The notes under the pieces: generated by a model
Seen by the model: only the letters and a program-made list of their open reading frames with translations
Database searches by the model: none
What the model was told of the DNA's origin: nothing
From: the human T2T-CHM13v2.0 reference genome, Homo sapiens
Reading direction: 5' to 3' (one strand)
Assembly: GCF_009914755.1 (NCBI RefSeq)
Contig: NC_060940.1
Length of the DNA: 64,000 nt
In this document: positions 1-16,881 of the stretch, piece after piece
Layout of the letters: every line of letters begins with the position of its first letter
Numbering within the stretch: the stretch's first letter is position 1
Program-made: the position numbers and the translations under genes

Positions 1-195
1 AGTAAGGACTTGTCATTGGATTTAAGGCCCACCCTAATCCAGGTTGATCTCATTGACTAAATTACATCTACACAGACCCAAAGAGTTTCTAAATTACATC
101 TGCACAGTTTCCAAAGAGACCACATGGGTAGGTTCTGGCGGTTAGGATGTGGGTATATCACTTTAGGATGTGGCTATATCACCAGGCAGCCCGCT
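1..195. mobile_element. MaLR (MLT1-type) LTR fragment
   Basis: Typical MLT1 motifs: gtaaggac..gtcattggatttaaggcccaccctaatccagg, attacatctgca, ggttaggatgtgg. Confidence 0.7.
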
Positions 196-1517
196 ACAGA
201 AGAGTGTGAGCCATTTTTTCTCTTGAAGAGCACAAAGAGTAAGAATTGTTTACCTTGAGATGCTGCTGAAGGAGGCATCTTCCCACACACCTGCAGGCCC
301 ATTTTGGATGGAAGGAAAGTGAAGTTTCTACCAGTGATGAATGACTTCTGTGTCTGCCATTTAAGTCACTTAGATTCTAAAGTTTACTAGATGGGGTTCT
401 TGGGAACTGCTCATTCAGTGAATTATTTTTGGATCTTTGAATTTGCTTGGTTGGTTCCAGTGTTTGCAGAGTCACCGAGGTAAATATCGGCACATGTGAG
501 AAGGTTATGAGAGCAACACAAAACCAAAGTCACTTTTCATATAATTCTTCTACTTACACAGGGTGTCTATTTGGTAATATTTAATTTGTTTTGTTAACAA
601 GGAGAAGCAGTGTAAATGTGTACGAAAAACTTACAAATAAATTGACTGTAAAATGCCTGTTTCCAACCAATGGATGGGATGTGGCTCTGTTAGTAAACAC
701 TGCGTTATCATTCCCTAAATAAAACGCAGCTCTGATTTTATCACAGAACACACATCTGTTGCACATAGAACAGAAATGTATAAAGTGGGCATGGGAGTGG
801 CCCTGCCTTCCTCCTTGTCCCACTGTTGAGAAGAGGGTGGGCCCCCGGTTGAATGTGACTTGCGTAGAGTCGTGTGCGTGGCTCTGGGTTGTTTTATTGG
901 TATATAAGAGTGATTTTTCCCAAAACCCCAGGCAGAATCATTTGTAATTCAGAATTAAAATAACATGGGTGTACTGTGTAAAGAATTTGAGAGCCAAACA
1001 TTTGATGTTCTCCGGTTGTTGAAAATAGCGGGGTTATCAGTGGCCATTCAGGGATTCAGCCACCTATTGTTGCTTTTCACGACGATGCATGTTTGTCATG
1101 CCAGGGACCGTGCCTCCTTTGTAGGTAAGCTGATTGAGTGTCATCACGTGGGCTTGAGTCCACCTGACGCCGTGGCTCCTTCCCTCTCTCACACGCGCCT
1201 TCAACAGAGAGTAGTCAGTCAGGGAGGGTGAGTTTCAGTTGGTTTCTTTAGCTCCTGTCTATATCAGCGCCCAGTGGTGAATCTTGCCAGGAGAGGTGGT
1301 GACCTGAGAAAAGGCGAGTTGTTGGGCAATATGTGGATTTTCCCTCCTGCAGCGCTGTCCCTGCCACTATGTACACCAGGTTTCCATGCCAGCTACATGA
1401 TGTATGATATCACTGCAGTTTTGATATTCTGCAGATTCCCTTGAGATCAGAAAGGAGAGTGGGCATAAGCAGTGTTGTAGGTCAGCTGCAGTTATTGGGA
1501 AAGCCGTTCCGGCTCCA

Positions 1518-1573
1518 GTGTGGGCCGGCCTCCCGCTCCCCTGTCAATGTGGGCCGGCCTCCCGCTCCCCTGT
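1518..1573. repeat. ~29-bp tandem duplication (GTGGGCCGGCCTCCCGCTCCCCTGT x2)
   Basis: Direct repeat visible in the sequence. Confidence 0.85.
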
Positions 1574-2625
1574 GCTGCGAGCTCCACGGCCAGCTCTCAG
1601 TGGCTGCCTCAGTGCCGCCCCTGCTGTCCCGAGCCTACCTCCCCCTTCCTTCTAATGTGCGCACTTTGGACCCCACGCTCTTTAGGTCATGGGCAGGAAA
1701 GGAGAGAGAAAAGACGAAACACAAATTCTGTGCTGTTTTCAGCTGTTGATTCTTAAGGCAGGTGCCAGCCTTCCTGAGTACTAAGCAGGGCTGGTGGGCG
1801 CTCCCCCAACCTGTCCCTCCCTAGACCCGAAGGAATGTCCTTCTGTCTGCTGGTGAGACCTGGTGGAGGGTGTCTCTTTTGCACAGTGCAATTCCTGTGT
1901 GATTAACACGTTTCCACGTGTGCTCATGGTGGCTCCTGGCTGGGACGGCAGCTGGGGAAATGAAGTTCTTCCCTTTCTGGTTTGTGTGTTTCTCTGTTTC
2001 TTGGGTTTGGGGTCCGGCACGTCACTGCTCACTGGTTACTTGGAGTTAGGAATCCGGAGGAGACTCAGCCGGAAAGGTCAGACGTGGAGCCCGGCTTTGC
2101 CAACCACTAGGTGGCAAGCTTGCCGCTCAAGAGCCCCACGGGAGCCTCAGGACCAAATCCCAAGTCAGGGCCACAGGGGGTCCCGTCACCTTTTCCCATT
2201 AGGCAGCGGGGTGTGAGGTGAATGTGCGTGGCCTGTGGCTTTTATGCTGTGTCGATGTTAGGTGTAATCTGTTTTTATTGTTGAGAAGATTTGACTAGTT
2301 TTATGTGTAAATTTACTGATTAATAATAACATATTAAAGTACATTTTTAAAATTAAATGGGCTTAACCAAGAATTGCAACTGCACGTAGAAGTGAAACCA
2401 TGACTAAATCATCACATTTGAAACAGGACGTGTGACTCGTGTGTAAAATGTGGACGTGTTACTCACATGTTTCTGGCTGATAGCTCACGGGCTATTTCCA
2501 GTGTGGGGATTGTTCTGTCTGAATAGATAGAGTTGAGATCAGGAAATAGCTGTTTGGTGTTTCTTGGGGTTGTCTTCTTACAGTTCAGGAGACCCTTCCT
2601 AAAGCCGGTCTTTTTTCACTTCCAG

Positions 2626-2825
2626 TCATTCCTGTATTCCATCAACCAGACAATCTGCTTGCGGTTGGATAGCATTGAAGCCAAATTGCAAGCCCTGGAG
2701 GCTACTTGTAAATCCTTAGAAGAAAAGCTGGATCTGGTCACGAACAAGCAGCACAGCCCCATCCAGGTTCCCATGGTGGCCGGCTCCCCTCTCGGGGCAA
2801 CCCAGACGTGCAACAAAGTGCGATG
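2626..2825 (+). CDS. BANP: BANP coding exon, coiled-coil segment; alternative in-frame acceptor at 2650
   Basis: Acceptor ttttttcacttccAG|TCA and donor CGATG|GTAAGA. Encodes SFLYSINQTICLRLDSIEAKLQALEATCKSLEEKLDLVTNKQHSPIQVPMVAGSPLGATQTCNKVR(C). Confidence 0.95.
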
Positions 2826-5614
2826 GTAAGAACAGACCAGGGTGCCGGGGCCTTCAGGTCACTTGGGGAGAAGCGCGTCACCTCCTCGCCCAGGCCCGCA
2901 GCTTAGTGGCTCAGTTTGCTGGAGATGCGCGGTGTCTGCCTCAGCAGTCTCAGCAGTTTCTAACTAAAGCTGACTTTTAGTTAGACCGAAACCGAACACA
3001 TGGCATCCTGCCAGGATGACCTGAAGTCATCCTCACGTTTCCTTTCCACATAAAGCCGACCCATGCACCTTTTCTTTGGAACTAACCCACCAGATCTTAG
3101 AAAATGTACATGTGCTTCTTTCCTTTTTCCTACTCTACCTGGCTAGTCTTTACATATGTTTTTCTTCGTATGTGGTGTTTATACATTTCACATGAATATA
3201 TCAAACTTTTCATTCAAGTCTGCAGTTTTTATTTTGCTTATTTTTAAAAAGTAGAGTCTAATGAGTGTAATCTTAGAAAGCTGTGTGGTAGTTTGCAAAC
3301 TGTTTGAGTAGAACCTTTATGATGTCTTAGAAAGTCTCGGACCTGCTTGGTGTCCACTCATCCGAGGCTTCCTGTCAGATATTCCAGCCGACAGCTCGTG
3401 CTGAAGCGCAGGCTCTGGTGTCGCTAGCCTTCCCCACGCCTGGCCAGAAAGAAGTCCTGCTTGAGGCAGTGGACACGGCACGGCTTTGTGCTTGACGAGG
3501 GGCCTTTTGACTGAGCGCTACTCACTTCAGGTTCCCTGGCCTGGCTGTAGCCTTCTGCCCGGTGTGTCTGGGAGGAGAGAGAATGGTGGGACGGCAGCGG
3601 GGGCGCCGGGGAGGACATGTGGACGCCGAGGAATGGGAGCCGCAACAAGCCTGGAGGGACTGTTGTGACCTCGCTGCCCGTGTGTGCTGGTGGCTGGCGC
3701 TGGGTTAGGTGCTTTGTGGGCCTCGCCAGGGGGTGTGGGAAGTCTGGGGGCAGCTCCACATGACGGCTGCTGTGCTGACCGAAGCAGTGGTGCCTCTTTG
3801 AACTCTCGGGCATGCCGGGGCTTTTGGAAACGCTACCCGGCCGTCTTCCGAGCTCCGCTGCTGGTGGTGGAGTTGGCGTCTCAGTTCGCAGGCGGGAGCT
3901 GGGGATCGTTCACGTGTTACTCTGAGATGGGGCCTTCACCCTGCACAAATGCTGTCACTCACGTGTCTCCCCCCAGCAGGAGTTTGTTTACCGTGTCCTC
4001 TGTGCAGGGACGCTGTTGGGCTCCCAGGTCAGGTGTGCAAAGCTGTTAGACCCAATGCCTTTTTTTTTAGGATAGTTTTTTGGGGTAATGTCCTCTTACC
4101 CTAAAATGCAGTTCTTAGAAAATATAATTTATGTTTCAAAAAAAAAGAAAATGTAATTTATAACTTATAGTTATTAGACTGTCCTAGCTATAGAGAATGA
4201 ATGTGATAGTATTGTGTAATAAGACAACACATTTCAACATGATGATGGTTGGCTGTGAAAAAGCCGGACGTCCCACCTGGTATGTTGCGTCCTGGTGACC
4301 GGGGGGCAGTCCCTGCAGACGGACCCAGGTGTGACACTGGGAGTTCAGCCCCCAGCTGGTGATGGAATATTACAGAATGGTGAGCAGTTCCTAATGAACT
4401 TTCACATAAAGCAAAGTATAATTTTTTCTAGACTTGTAATAGTTGAATTCATGGAAAATTCAAGTCATAGTAAGACTGTGCAAAAATGTTTTGTGTGTAA
4501 ATGTTGAATAGAGTAAGATTCTGAGTTCAGAGAGTTAGAAGCATGTTTTCCACTCATGAAGCTCTGGTTCATTGTAAGTTATGTGTGTGGAGAGTTTTTG
4601 TTGGGTGAGACTGTCTCACTCATTGAAGGACGTCTCAACCTCCCTTACCTCTGCCTGCCAAATTCCAGTACTCTCTGAATCTTGACCACCAAAGATGTCC
4701 CACGGGATCTCAAAGCACCCCTGGGCACCTGCATTGAGAACCACTGTTTTAAGGAATTAAACACAAGGATGAACGAACCTCTCCTGTCCCCGGAGCCTTG
4801 CGTGCTGGCGGACAGCTGCCCATCACGTGTCACTTGTCACTTGTCACGTTGTGCCAGTGCTGGGCAGGTCATTGTCACCACTTGGGAAAAGCGTTGACAA
4901 AATTGGTCGTTAGATTCCACCGCTGACAATGTGTGATGGGGGGAGAGGTTCCTCTGTGAAGAACTCCAAAGGCTGGAGTGTAGTTTCTGTAGTGGGTTGG
5001 CCTTGAGGGTGCCTTGCTTGGATTCCATCTGCACAGGGCGGAGCTTGGGCCTCTGACTGTCACAGTTGCCCTGACAGACACTGAGGTGACCTCGGCCAAG
5101 TCACGCATTCATTCCCATCTGAGTTTCTAGTTTAAGATAAGAGGAAGAGGACCTGGAGCTCCTCTGGGGCTGCTTTGGCCCAGGGTCCTCCTGCTTTCTG
5201 AGGGTAACAGTGTCTGTGCTCATGAAAACATGTGATGTTAGTCACAGACCTGCCGTGGCAGAAATCCCCCATGCTTCCCTCTGCTGGGGGCAGATGATAT
5301 CATTCACAGACCTGCGGTGGTTGTCTGTCTACTTGTCAACAAGCAGTGAAATAAGAGTAAAGTTGCCTAATACTGACTCAGATGCACAATCCAGTTAACC
5401 CAGATGTGTGAGATCTTCCGGTTTGAAAGAACTGTATTGGCAAGGCAAAATCAACCTATTGTAGAATATATTTATTGTATATCAGCATGGGGATTATTAA
5501 TATTGCTAATAAAACCATTATTTGTAAAAATTAAGATTAATAGAAGAATCGTTCTGCTATTTTCTCATAGTTTTAAATAGGATAAAAGTATATTCTATTT
5601 AAAATCCTATTTAA

Positions 5615-5942
<328 letters not shown>

Positions 5943-5973
5943 TGGAGTGATTTCCTTTCATAGTAAAGTTTTA

Positions 5974-6316
<343 letters not shown>

Positions 6317-6347
6317 GTTATTATGTCTGACATTTCTTTCCATGTAA

Positions 6348-6579
<232 letters not shown>

Positions 6580-6813
6580 TAGAAATAAAAATTGCCAACA
6601 GTTGAAAGCTGTTGACAGAAAATTGTAGGGGAGAAATAACAGATAAGAACATAATCCCAGTATGTCAATGAAAAAAAGTATGTTTAAATTAGAAAGTTAC
6701 TAATTTGTGAACACATATGAATGAATAAGAATTGTCTGTCTAAAATTGGGCAGTGGAACATTGAAAAGGAAAAGTCTCCAAAGTTAAAAATTGATTAGCA
6801 TTCTGAATAATAA

Positions 6814-7137
<324 letters not shown>

Positions 7138-8109
7138 GGGACTCAAATATTTTGAATGAAGATTAGAAGTATGTAAGTCACAGAGAGTATTACCTCCAAA
7201 TCATATGCTGTTAAAATAGCCCGGGGTTCCCAGGGCTCACTCCTTGCTGTGAGGGATTAGCTGGGGAGTCCGAGTGTAATCTTGCAGCACAGATGCAGAC
7301 ACCTTAAGGGGCTCTGAGTTGTGACGAGGCCCCCGGAGAGAGTGCGAGAAGCTGCCCCCTGCGGTATCACATGCCCTTCTGTTTAGAGCGGCTGCATCTG
7401 CTCAGAGCCAGCCCAACCCTCAAGGGCGGGCACAGCCTTGCAGCAGCAGGGGCGTCACTAAGGCCCCCTCTCTGTGTGTTGAAATCACCCCACCTGTTGG
7501 TTCTTTCTCATTAAAACTGACTGGTCTGTACTATCAGTGCTGAGAGCTGATTATTCTTTCCTTTCACTCTCTGGAACACAAGAAGGCAGTGGAGTACTGC
7601 TTGCCTCGCTTGGCATTTTGGATCCAGGTTTTTGGGTTCTACACCTGAATGAGATTCTTTAAATAACTTCGAGAACAAAGAAAAGAAAAAGAAAGCCCCT
7701 CTTATTTGAAGCTAAAGTTGAATCATTGTAATAAAAATGCGAGTCACCTGGATGGGCCTCATCCAACAGTCGTCATCGACTTGGGGACAAGAAAAATGGT
7801 CTTTTAAGTTTTGTAGGTAGGGGCTTATTTTCTTCCTGCAGGTGCGCCATCAGTTTGGATTTTGCTTCATTGTAATTTTGGTGTAGTGACCCGAGGTTTT
7901 AACTTTAAAGATGTTTGGGCCTGTCCTTTGAATGCTAGTGTGGACAGTTCGGTTGGTGCATTCATTATGTCACATGGTCTGCAGGGATCCAGGGCACGCA
8001 CATGCTCACGTTTATATAGGTAAATGTTAACATCCTTTGTCTGTACTTCGAAGCTGGACAGAGATAGTGGTGTAAACAGGATGCAGCAGAGCATGGAGTG
8101 TTGCCCGTC

Positions 8110-8400
8110 AGGGGATGCAGGCCCGCGTGGCTGTGCGCATCCAGGACACAGGACACAGGGCGGGTGATGGGGGATGCAGGCCCGCGTGGCTGCGCGCATC
8201 CAGGACACAGGGCACAGGGCGGGTGACGGGGGATGCAGGCCCGCGTGGCTGCGCGCATCCAGGACACAGGACACAGGGTGGGCGACGGGGGATGCAGGCC
8301 CGCGTGGCTGCGCGCATCCAGGACACAGGACACAGGGCGGGCGACGGGGGATGCAGGCCCGCGTGGCTGCGCGCATCCAGGACACAGGGCAGGTGACAGG
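8110..8400. repeat. Minisatellite, 59-bp GC-rich unit x~5
   Basis: Unit GGGGGATGCAGGCCCGCGTGGCTGCGCGCATCCAGGACACAGGACACAGGGCGGGTGAC. Confidence 0.95.
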
Positions 8401-9090
8401 GCTCTGTGTGCCCAGCACACCTGTGGAGTTGGCTACTGGGCAGCTCAGACAGCAGCTCACAGCCCCGGATTTTCTGCTTTGTTTTCATTAACTGAACATA
8501 CTGACTCGAAAAATTATTTTTAAAAATAAAAAGCTAATTTTATTTTAGTTTATTTTAATTTAAAAATAGATTTTAAAATCTGCTTTTTAAAGTCATAGAT
8601 GTTTATCTTTAAGAACATTAAACAATTAAAGAACTAGCATGTTTCTACAATTTTACAACAATTATAAACCATAGGCTTCTGTATAAGACTAGTTCTGGAA
8701 ATTTTTAAAAGTGTGATTTCTTTTACAGTATGTCTTCCAGAGATGTGTCATGTAAGACTCAATGAAGGAGAAATTTTTCTTTTCCTCAGAACTGACCGTT
8801 GACCCGTGGATAATTGAATATTTGTTGTGGTGTTATGTAGAGCTAGGCCTCGTTCTGAGCATCTCTGTTCTGGCACGGGAGCACAAGAGGTCTTGGCCAG
8901 GGTAAACCAGTTTTTTCAGTTTTGGGTCATTGATATTCTCAGTCAAAATTATAGCATTTCATAGGCTTTAGAATCTGACAAACTCAAGGGAGAGCTGCGT
9001 GAATTGTGAAGAAATGGTTTGGTCTCAGCTAAGATGGTTTTGTTTAATTCTTTTCTTATTTAATATTGAATTTTGGTTGCTTTCGTTTAA

Positions 9091-9457
<367 letters not shown>

Positions 9458-9528
9458 AGCTGCATACTTTAAGTGACCTAATAGTGACACCCTCTACATG
9501 CTAGGGCTGAGTACTAGCCAAAGAAAAC

Positions 9529-9725
9529 ATACAGTTTACATACCTGCAACTTCGGGAATTATTCACATAATCGTATGATACAGTTTACATACTTACAACT
9601 TCAGGAATTATTCACATAATTGTATGGTACAGTTTACATACCTACAACTTCGGGAATTATTCACATAATTGTATGATACAGTTTACATACATACAACTTC
9701 GGGAATTATTAACATAATCATATGC
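9529..9725. repeat. Minisatellite, 49-bp AT-rich unit x4
   Basis: Unit ATACAGTTTACATACCTACAACTTCGGGAATTATTCACATAATTGTATG; the ACAGTTT motif recurs at 9531/9580/9629/9678. Confidence 0.93.
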
Positions 9726-9844
9726 TTTAGAGATACAATCTAATAACCAAACTAATGAGAAACATAAATTTAAATGTTGTAATGATTATGCACATTCTAA
9801 TAATTTGGAGCACTTCTCTAGTTTTAGAATAACTCAGAACTCAT

Positions 9845-11198
<1,354 letters not shown>

Positions 11199-11369
11199 CA
11201 CTTCAATAAATGTAGAATTTCTTGAGTTAGTGTTGTTTGTGTCTCTCAAGATTATTTTCTTTTCCCCTAAATTCTAGAGTGTGTCCGCACACTGTTCCTC
11301 ATGGTACCCACTGTATGTTTCCGTGTCTGTGGGTCCACAGGATGCTCTGCTGCCAGGCCTCCCTGGGCT

Positions 11370-12396
<1,027 letters not shown>

Positions 12397-12420
<24 letters not shown>

Positions 12421-12492
12421 TTTGGAGGGCCCTGGCGTTAGAGACCAGGATGCGGTGTTTGGAGGGCCCTGGTGTTGGAGACCAGGATGCGG
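12397..12492. repeat. ~38-bp tandem repeat x~2.5
   Basis: GTTAGAGACCAGGATGCGGTGTTTGGAGGGCCCTGG repeated. Confidence 0.85.
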
Positions 12493-13046
12493 AGCGCGGC
12501 GGTGTGCTGCGGCGCACTGTGTCCTCTGAACATGCGAAGGGCCCTGGGCGGCTTTTCACCCAAACATGTTGCCTAGGAGCCCCGCATCCTGTGCCGTTGC
12601 AGAGTGCTGACTTCTGTGGAGTCAGTCCTGACGCTGCTTCCCTCTCTCACTAGTAGTCATTTGTGTAGCTTCTAGGAAAGAAGAAGAAAACATACCCGTC
12701 CTTGAGCTGCTCGCATTCTGATTTGGGACTGTTGGGTGGAAGTCACAGATCTCTGTTGGAGCACGAGCATGGCTCCTTGGGGAGAGCAGCGTGAGGAGTT
12801 AGATCAGGAGCCTCTCAAAGCCAATTGCCAGAAGCTAGAAGCTTCTTTCTTTGTTTAGCAACGAGGTTTTAAAGTTTGTTACATTAGGTTAGTCCCGCTT
12901 CTCTGGTGCAGTGGTTACTTGGAGGGTTGGTTTTATATTCTGTTTTGCTTATTTCATTAGATATTAGGAAGAACATTTTAATGCCGATTTATTTTTATCC
13001 CTGGGTATTTTTTGTTAGATGATGTTTTTATGACTTTTTAATCTTT

Positions 13047-13185
13047 AGCGTGGTACAGTGGCTTAGGCCTGGAATCCCAGCAACTCGGGAGACTGAGGTG
13101 GGAGGATCATCTGAGACCAGGAATTTGAGACCAGTCTGGGCAGCATAGTGAGACCCCGTGTATAAAAATAAAATAAAATAAAAAG
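13047..13185 (+). mobile_element. Alu monomer (FLAM/left arm)
   Basis: cagtggcttaggcctggaatcccagca...gagaccagtctgggcagcatagtgagaccc followed by (AAAAT)n. Confidence 0.82.
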
Positions 13186-14779
13186 CCCCTCAAACCTGCA
13201 AACAGTAGAAATATACTTTTAGTAAATGTTTGATTAGTCTGAGTGCTGATTGTATTGATTAGGTGACATGAGCCATGGCAGTAGAGGGTCCCCTGGACTT
13301 GTGATTAGCATGGTGGGAGGGTGCATCTTGCTTATGTTCAGGGTGCAGTGTGGGCGATTCTGGTCCTCCCACAACTGCCCTGGGTGCCTCTGATGCCTGA
13401 GCCTTCTATCATGTGCTCACCCTATGGCCTTGGGGTCCTCAGTCTGGGAAGGGGAGAGGCGTGAAAAGGTGCATCCTGTTTTTAAAACCTGTGTCCTGGA
13501 AGTGACACACGTCTCACCTGTTAGAGTCCATCAATGGAGTCTGGCCACAGGGCCGTGTGTGCGCAGAATGGGCTTGGGAAATGCAGTCTGGATGTGCGGG
13601 GGCTCCCGGGACAGCCCCTGACGGCCAGGGAAGTAGGCTGTGGGCTGCCCTGGCCTGGGGGTTTTTGGGGGGCCTGCTTTTCCTCCTGCTGAAGCTCTGA
13701 GCAGCTCCTCTTTTTGTAAGTACATTACGTCAAACCAGTTTCTTCTTTTATTTGGCCCCGGTCCTTGTGTGTTATGTAGGAGCATAAATGTCCATGGGAG
13801 AAAATGTTCTTAGGGAACAGGTACTGGAGTTTAAAAGAAATCTGTCCATTTTTTCCTAATAAGTAGAAAGAAAAAATTACTTAATTCTTTTTACCTGGCT
13901 GTTGTTGAAATACTTTTCCTTGAGAGAATTCATAAAAATTAGAAAAGTAGTATCAGCTTTTCTAACCTGCACTTGATGATAATTACTTTAATTATAAAAG
14001 GGATGCCTACCTGGCGGCAGAGTGTCACGTGGTGAGGCTGCACTCTGGGTGGGAAGGAGACAAAAACTTGTACTTGTTCAAATATACATCAGATATCCTG
14101 ATGGAGTTCCTCCTCTCCCTGCTGTAGAAAACAGCCAGATACTGTGGCGTGAATGGGAGTGGTCGGTGATTGACTCCACAGGTAACAAGCTCTGGGTCAA
14201 GATCTTGGGCTCGGCGGGGCGCCAAGGGGAAGCAGCGCGCCCGGCCTTGTTCATGCCGTGAGCTGGAGCGGGAGCCCCTGGAGGCTGGGGTTCCTGCGGT
14301 GCCCGGGGTGCGCTTCTCACTTGCTGAGCGTTCAGTGCAGACGTGTTAGACGCACATTTAGCGGGTTTGGCCCTGGGGCATTTGAAAGTTGTTTAAACTC
14401 ATCTTTGGAGGGCTGGTGCTTGCTTTCTCCTCAGGTTGTCCTCTCAGCATCTCCATGTCAGTTGAGGGTTAGGCGGAGAACAGAGTCATGTCTGTTCTCT
14501 GTCCTGTGATCATTTGTGCCCAGGCAGAGGTGTGTGTCCAGCAGCCACCGACGGCGGTGTCTGGAGTCACCACTGTAGATCAGGTGGCTCTCTCGCCCCG
14601 TCATTTCCACATTTGACAGCTTTCATGGAGCCTAGTCACCGCCTGAGACCGGGACCCACCTGGCGTCTCAGCTGCCTGTGCCACTTAGTTGGAGATGGCT
14701 TCCGATGCTAACCTCTGCTGCGAGGGTTCTCGGGTTCTGCTCACTGGCTGCATGAGTTGGATGTTCTGCTGCTCTGAAG

Positions 14780-15066
14780 TGCCGGCTGGGCCCTCGTCCG
14801 GGTGCCAGCTGGGCTCTGGTTCTGAGTGTTGCTGGGCCCTCGTCCGGGTGCCAGCTGGGCTCTGGTTCTGAGTGTTGCTGGTCCCTGGTCCTGGGCGCCG
14901 GCTGGGCTCTGGTTCTGAGTGTTGCTGGGCCCTCGTCCTGGGCGCCGGCTGGGCTCTGGTTCTGAGTGTTGCTGGGCCCTCGTCCTGGGCGCCAGCTGGG
15001 CTCTGGTTCTGAGTGTTGCTGGGCCCTCGTCCTGGGCGCCGGCTGGGCTCTGGTCCTCAGCGTTGC
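14780..15066. repeat. Minisatellite, 46-47-bp unit x~6
   Basis: Unit CTGGGCTCTGGTTCTGAGTGTTGCTGGGCCCTCGTCCTGGGCGCCGG. Confidence 0.94.
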
Positions 15067-15479
15067 CCTCCCGTCCTTCCCTCCTCCCTGTGTCGTTGTC
15101 TGCACTGAACCATTGCATAGGTTTTCAAGGCTCTGCTTCAGAATAACTTAGTTTTCATTTCCTTTTGTAATAAAACATGGCAAACACAAATCTGTGAAAA
15201 CAGTTTAAATACTTCATTTCTCAAGATTTTTAATTTTATGTTGTATCTTGGTGGCTGGTTTTGCATGTACTTGGACAAAGCCTGTTGATGTCTGTTCACA
15301 TGTGCTCCATTTTGTGTGGTCCACGAGCAACAGGGGCCGCCAAGCCAGTTGCCCAGAGCACAGGGCAGGTGCTTAGGGCTCTGTGATGAGGTGGTTCCCT
15401 GAAGCAGAAGAGAAATGGAAGGCCACTTTATAAGCTCAGCGTAGAAAATGTTTGCCATGACAGCTTTCAAAGTGGAAGA

Positions 15480-15604
15480 TGTTTTGTAGAAATGGGGTCT
15501 CACTGTGTTGCCCAGGCTGGTCTTGAACTCCTGGGCTCAAGCCATCTGCCTGCTTCAGCCTCCCAAAGTGTTGGGATTACAGGTGTGAGCCACCGCACCT
15601 GGCT
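15480..15604 (-). mobile_element. Alu monomer (FLAM-like)
   Basis: ttttgtagaaatggggtctcactgtgttgcccaggctggtcttgaactcctgggctcaagc...gagccaccgcacctggc. Confidence 0.85.
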
Positions 15605-15814
15605 GAAGAGGTTTTGTTTTAAATCCATCAAAGTAAAACAGTTAAAAAACTCAAACACTGAAAGGGTGAGTTGTAGCAGTGGTTGAAATAGGATCATTGC
15701 TGTTCTTGTCCAGCAAGTGACTAAAAGCATGAGAAATACTTAGTTTTGAACACAGGTTCTGTCACCAATAAATGGTGAGACCTGGGACAGATCCTGATCT
15801 TTCTGAGCATCAGT

Positions 15815-16126
15815 GTCTTCATGGTAAAGTGGGTAAAATAGCCAGGATGGCTGGGAGTGAGACCATGTGTTCCTGGTAAAGTGGGTGAAATAGCCAGGAT
15901 GGCTGGGAGTGAGACCATGTGTTCGTGGTAAAGTGGGTAAAATAGCCAGGATGGCTGGGAGTGAGACCATGTCTTCATGGTAAAGTGGGTGAAGTAGCCA
16001 GGATGGCTGGGAGTGAGACTATGTGTTCGTGGTAAAGTGGGTGAAATAGCCAGGATAGCTGGGTGAGACCATGTGTTCGTGGTAAAGTGGGTGAAATAGC
16101 CAGGATGGCTGGGAGTGAGACCATGC
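15815..16126. repeat. Minisatellite, 52-bp unit x6
   Basis: Unit TGGTAAAGTGGGTGAAATAGCCAGGATGGCTGGGAGTGAGACCATGTGTTCG. Confidence 0.95.
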
Positions 16127-16750
16127 ACACGAAGCACTCAGTACTCCTTGAGCTCAGCAGAATCAGGACTGTTACTTCCTGGTGAGTCCCTGAGTGCCCA
16201 CTCTTGGCTGGGTCTCATGGTGGCTGCCGGCTCCCACCAGTCAGCCCTCAGACTTTAAGTCACCTTTAGTTTAGCACTTCCTGGTGGAATTCAGAACTGA
16301 CCCCGCACAGTGGATGAGAACATTCTAGGCTGTCTTTTGGCATCCTGCTCGGTGGATTCTGCTCTGGGTCGGGATTCTCAGTCTTTGCTTTCGGCACGCA
16401 GAGCAGCAGCATGTGAACCAGCGGGTCGAGAGGCATTTCCCTCCAAAATGGGAAGCTCACTCTTGAATTCCTCCGTGTCCCAAACAGTCTTCACCCATGT
16501 CCTGTGCATTCTTCTAGGGACTTTGGGAGACATCATTGGACGAACAGAAGGACCCCTGTACAGGGGAAGGCCACACGGAAAACTAAAGCATAGTAAGGAC
16601 GTGGCAAAATAGATGAAAAAGTGCTGAGGGTTGTGGGGGCAGTGAGTGGTTTTGGTTAGGAATGTCAGCTGTCTGTCACAGGGGGACTTTGGCCTCAGAC
16701 CTAATTTTGCCATTCACTGGCTGTGTGGCCTTGAATAGGTTAATAGCTTC

Positions 16751-16824
16751 TCTGCGTGGGCTGCTGTCTGTGCCATCTGCGTGGGCTGCTGTCTGTGCCA
16801 TCTGCGTGGGCTGCTGTCTGTGCC
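16751..16824. repeat. 25-bp tandem repeat x3
   Basis: Unit TCTGCGTGGGCTGCTGTCTGTGCCA. Confidence 0.9.
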
Positions 16825-16881
16825 GTGAAGGTGCTGCCGACCCGGCTCCTGAGGCTCCATGGCCTGCTTCTCAGTTTCTTG

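Noticed and set aside
9529-9725. ACAACTTCG/CATAC motifs reminiscent of loxP, and TTCGGGAA reminiscent of a STAT site
   Set aside because: There are no 13-bp inverted arms with an 8-bp spacer, and the STAT GAS consensus needs TTC-N3-GAA whereas the spacing here is N2.
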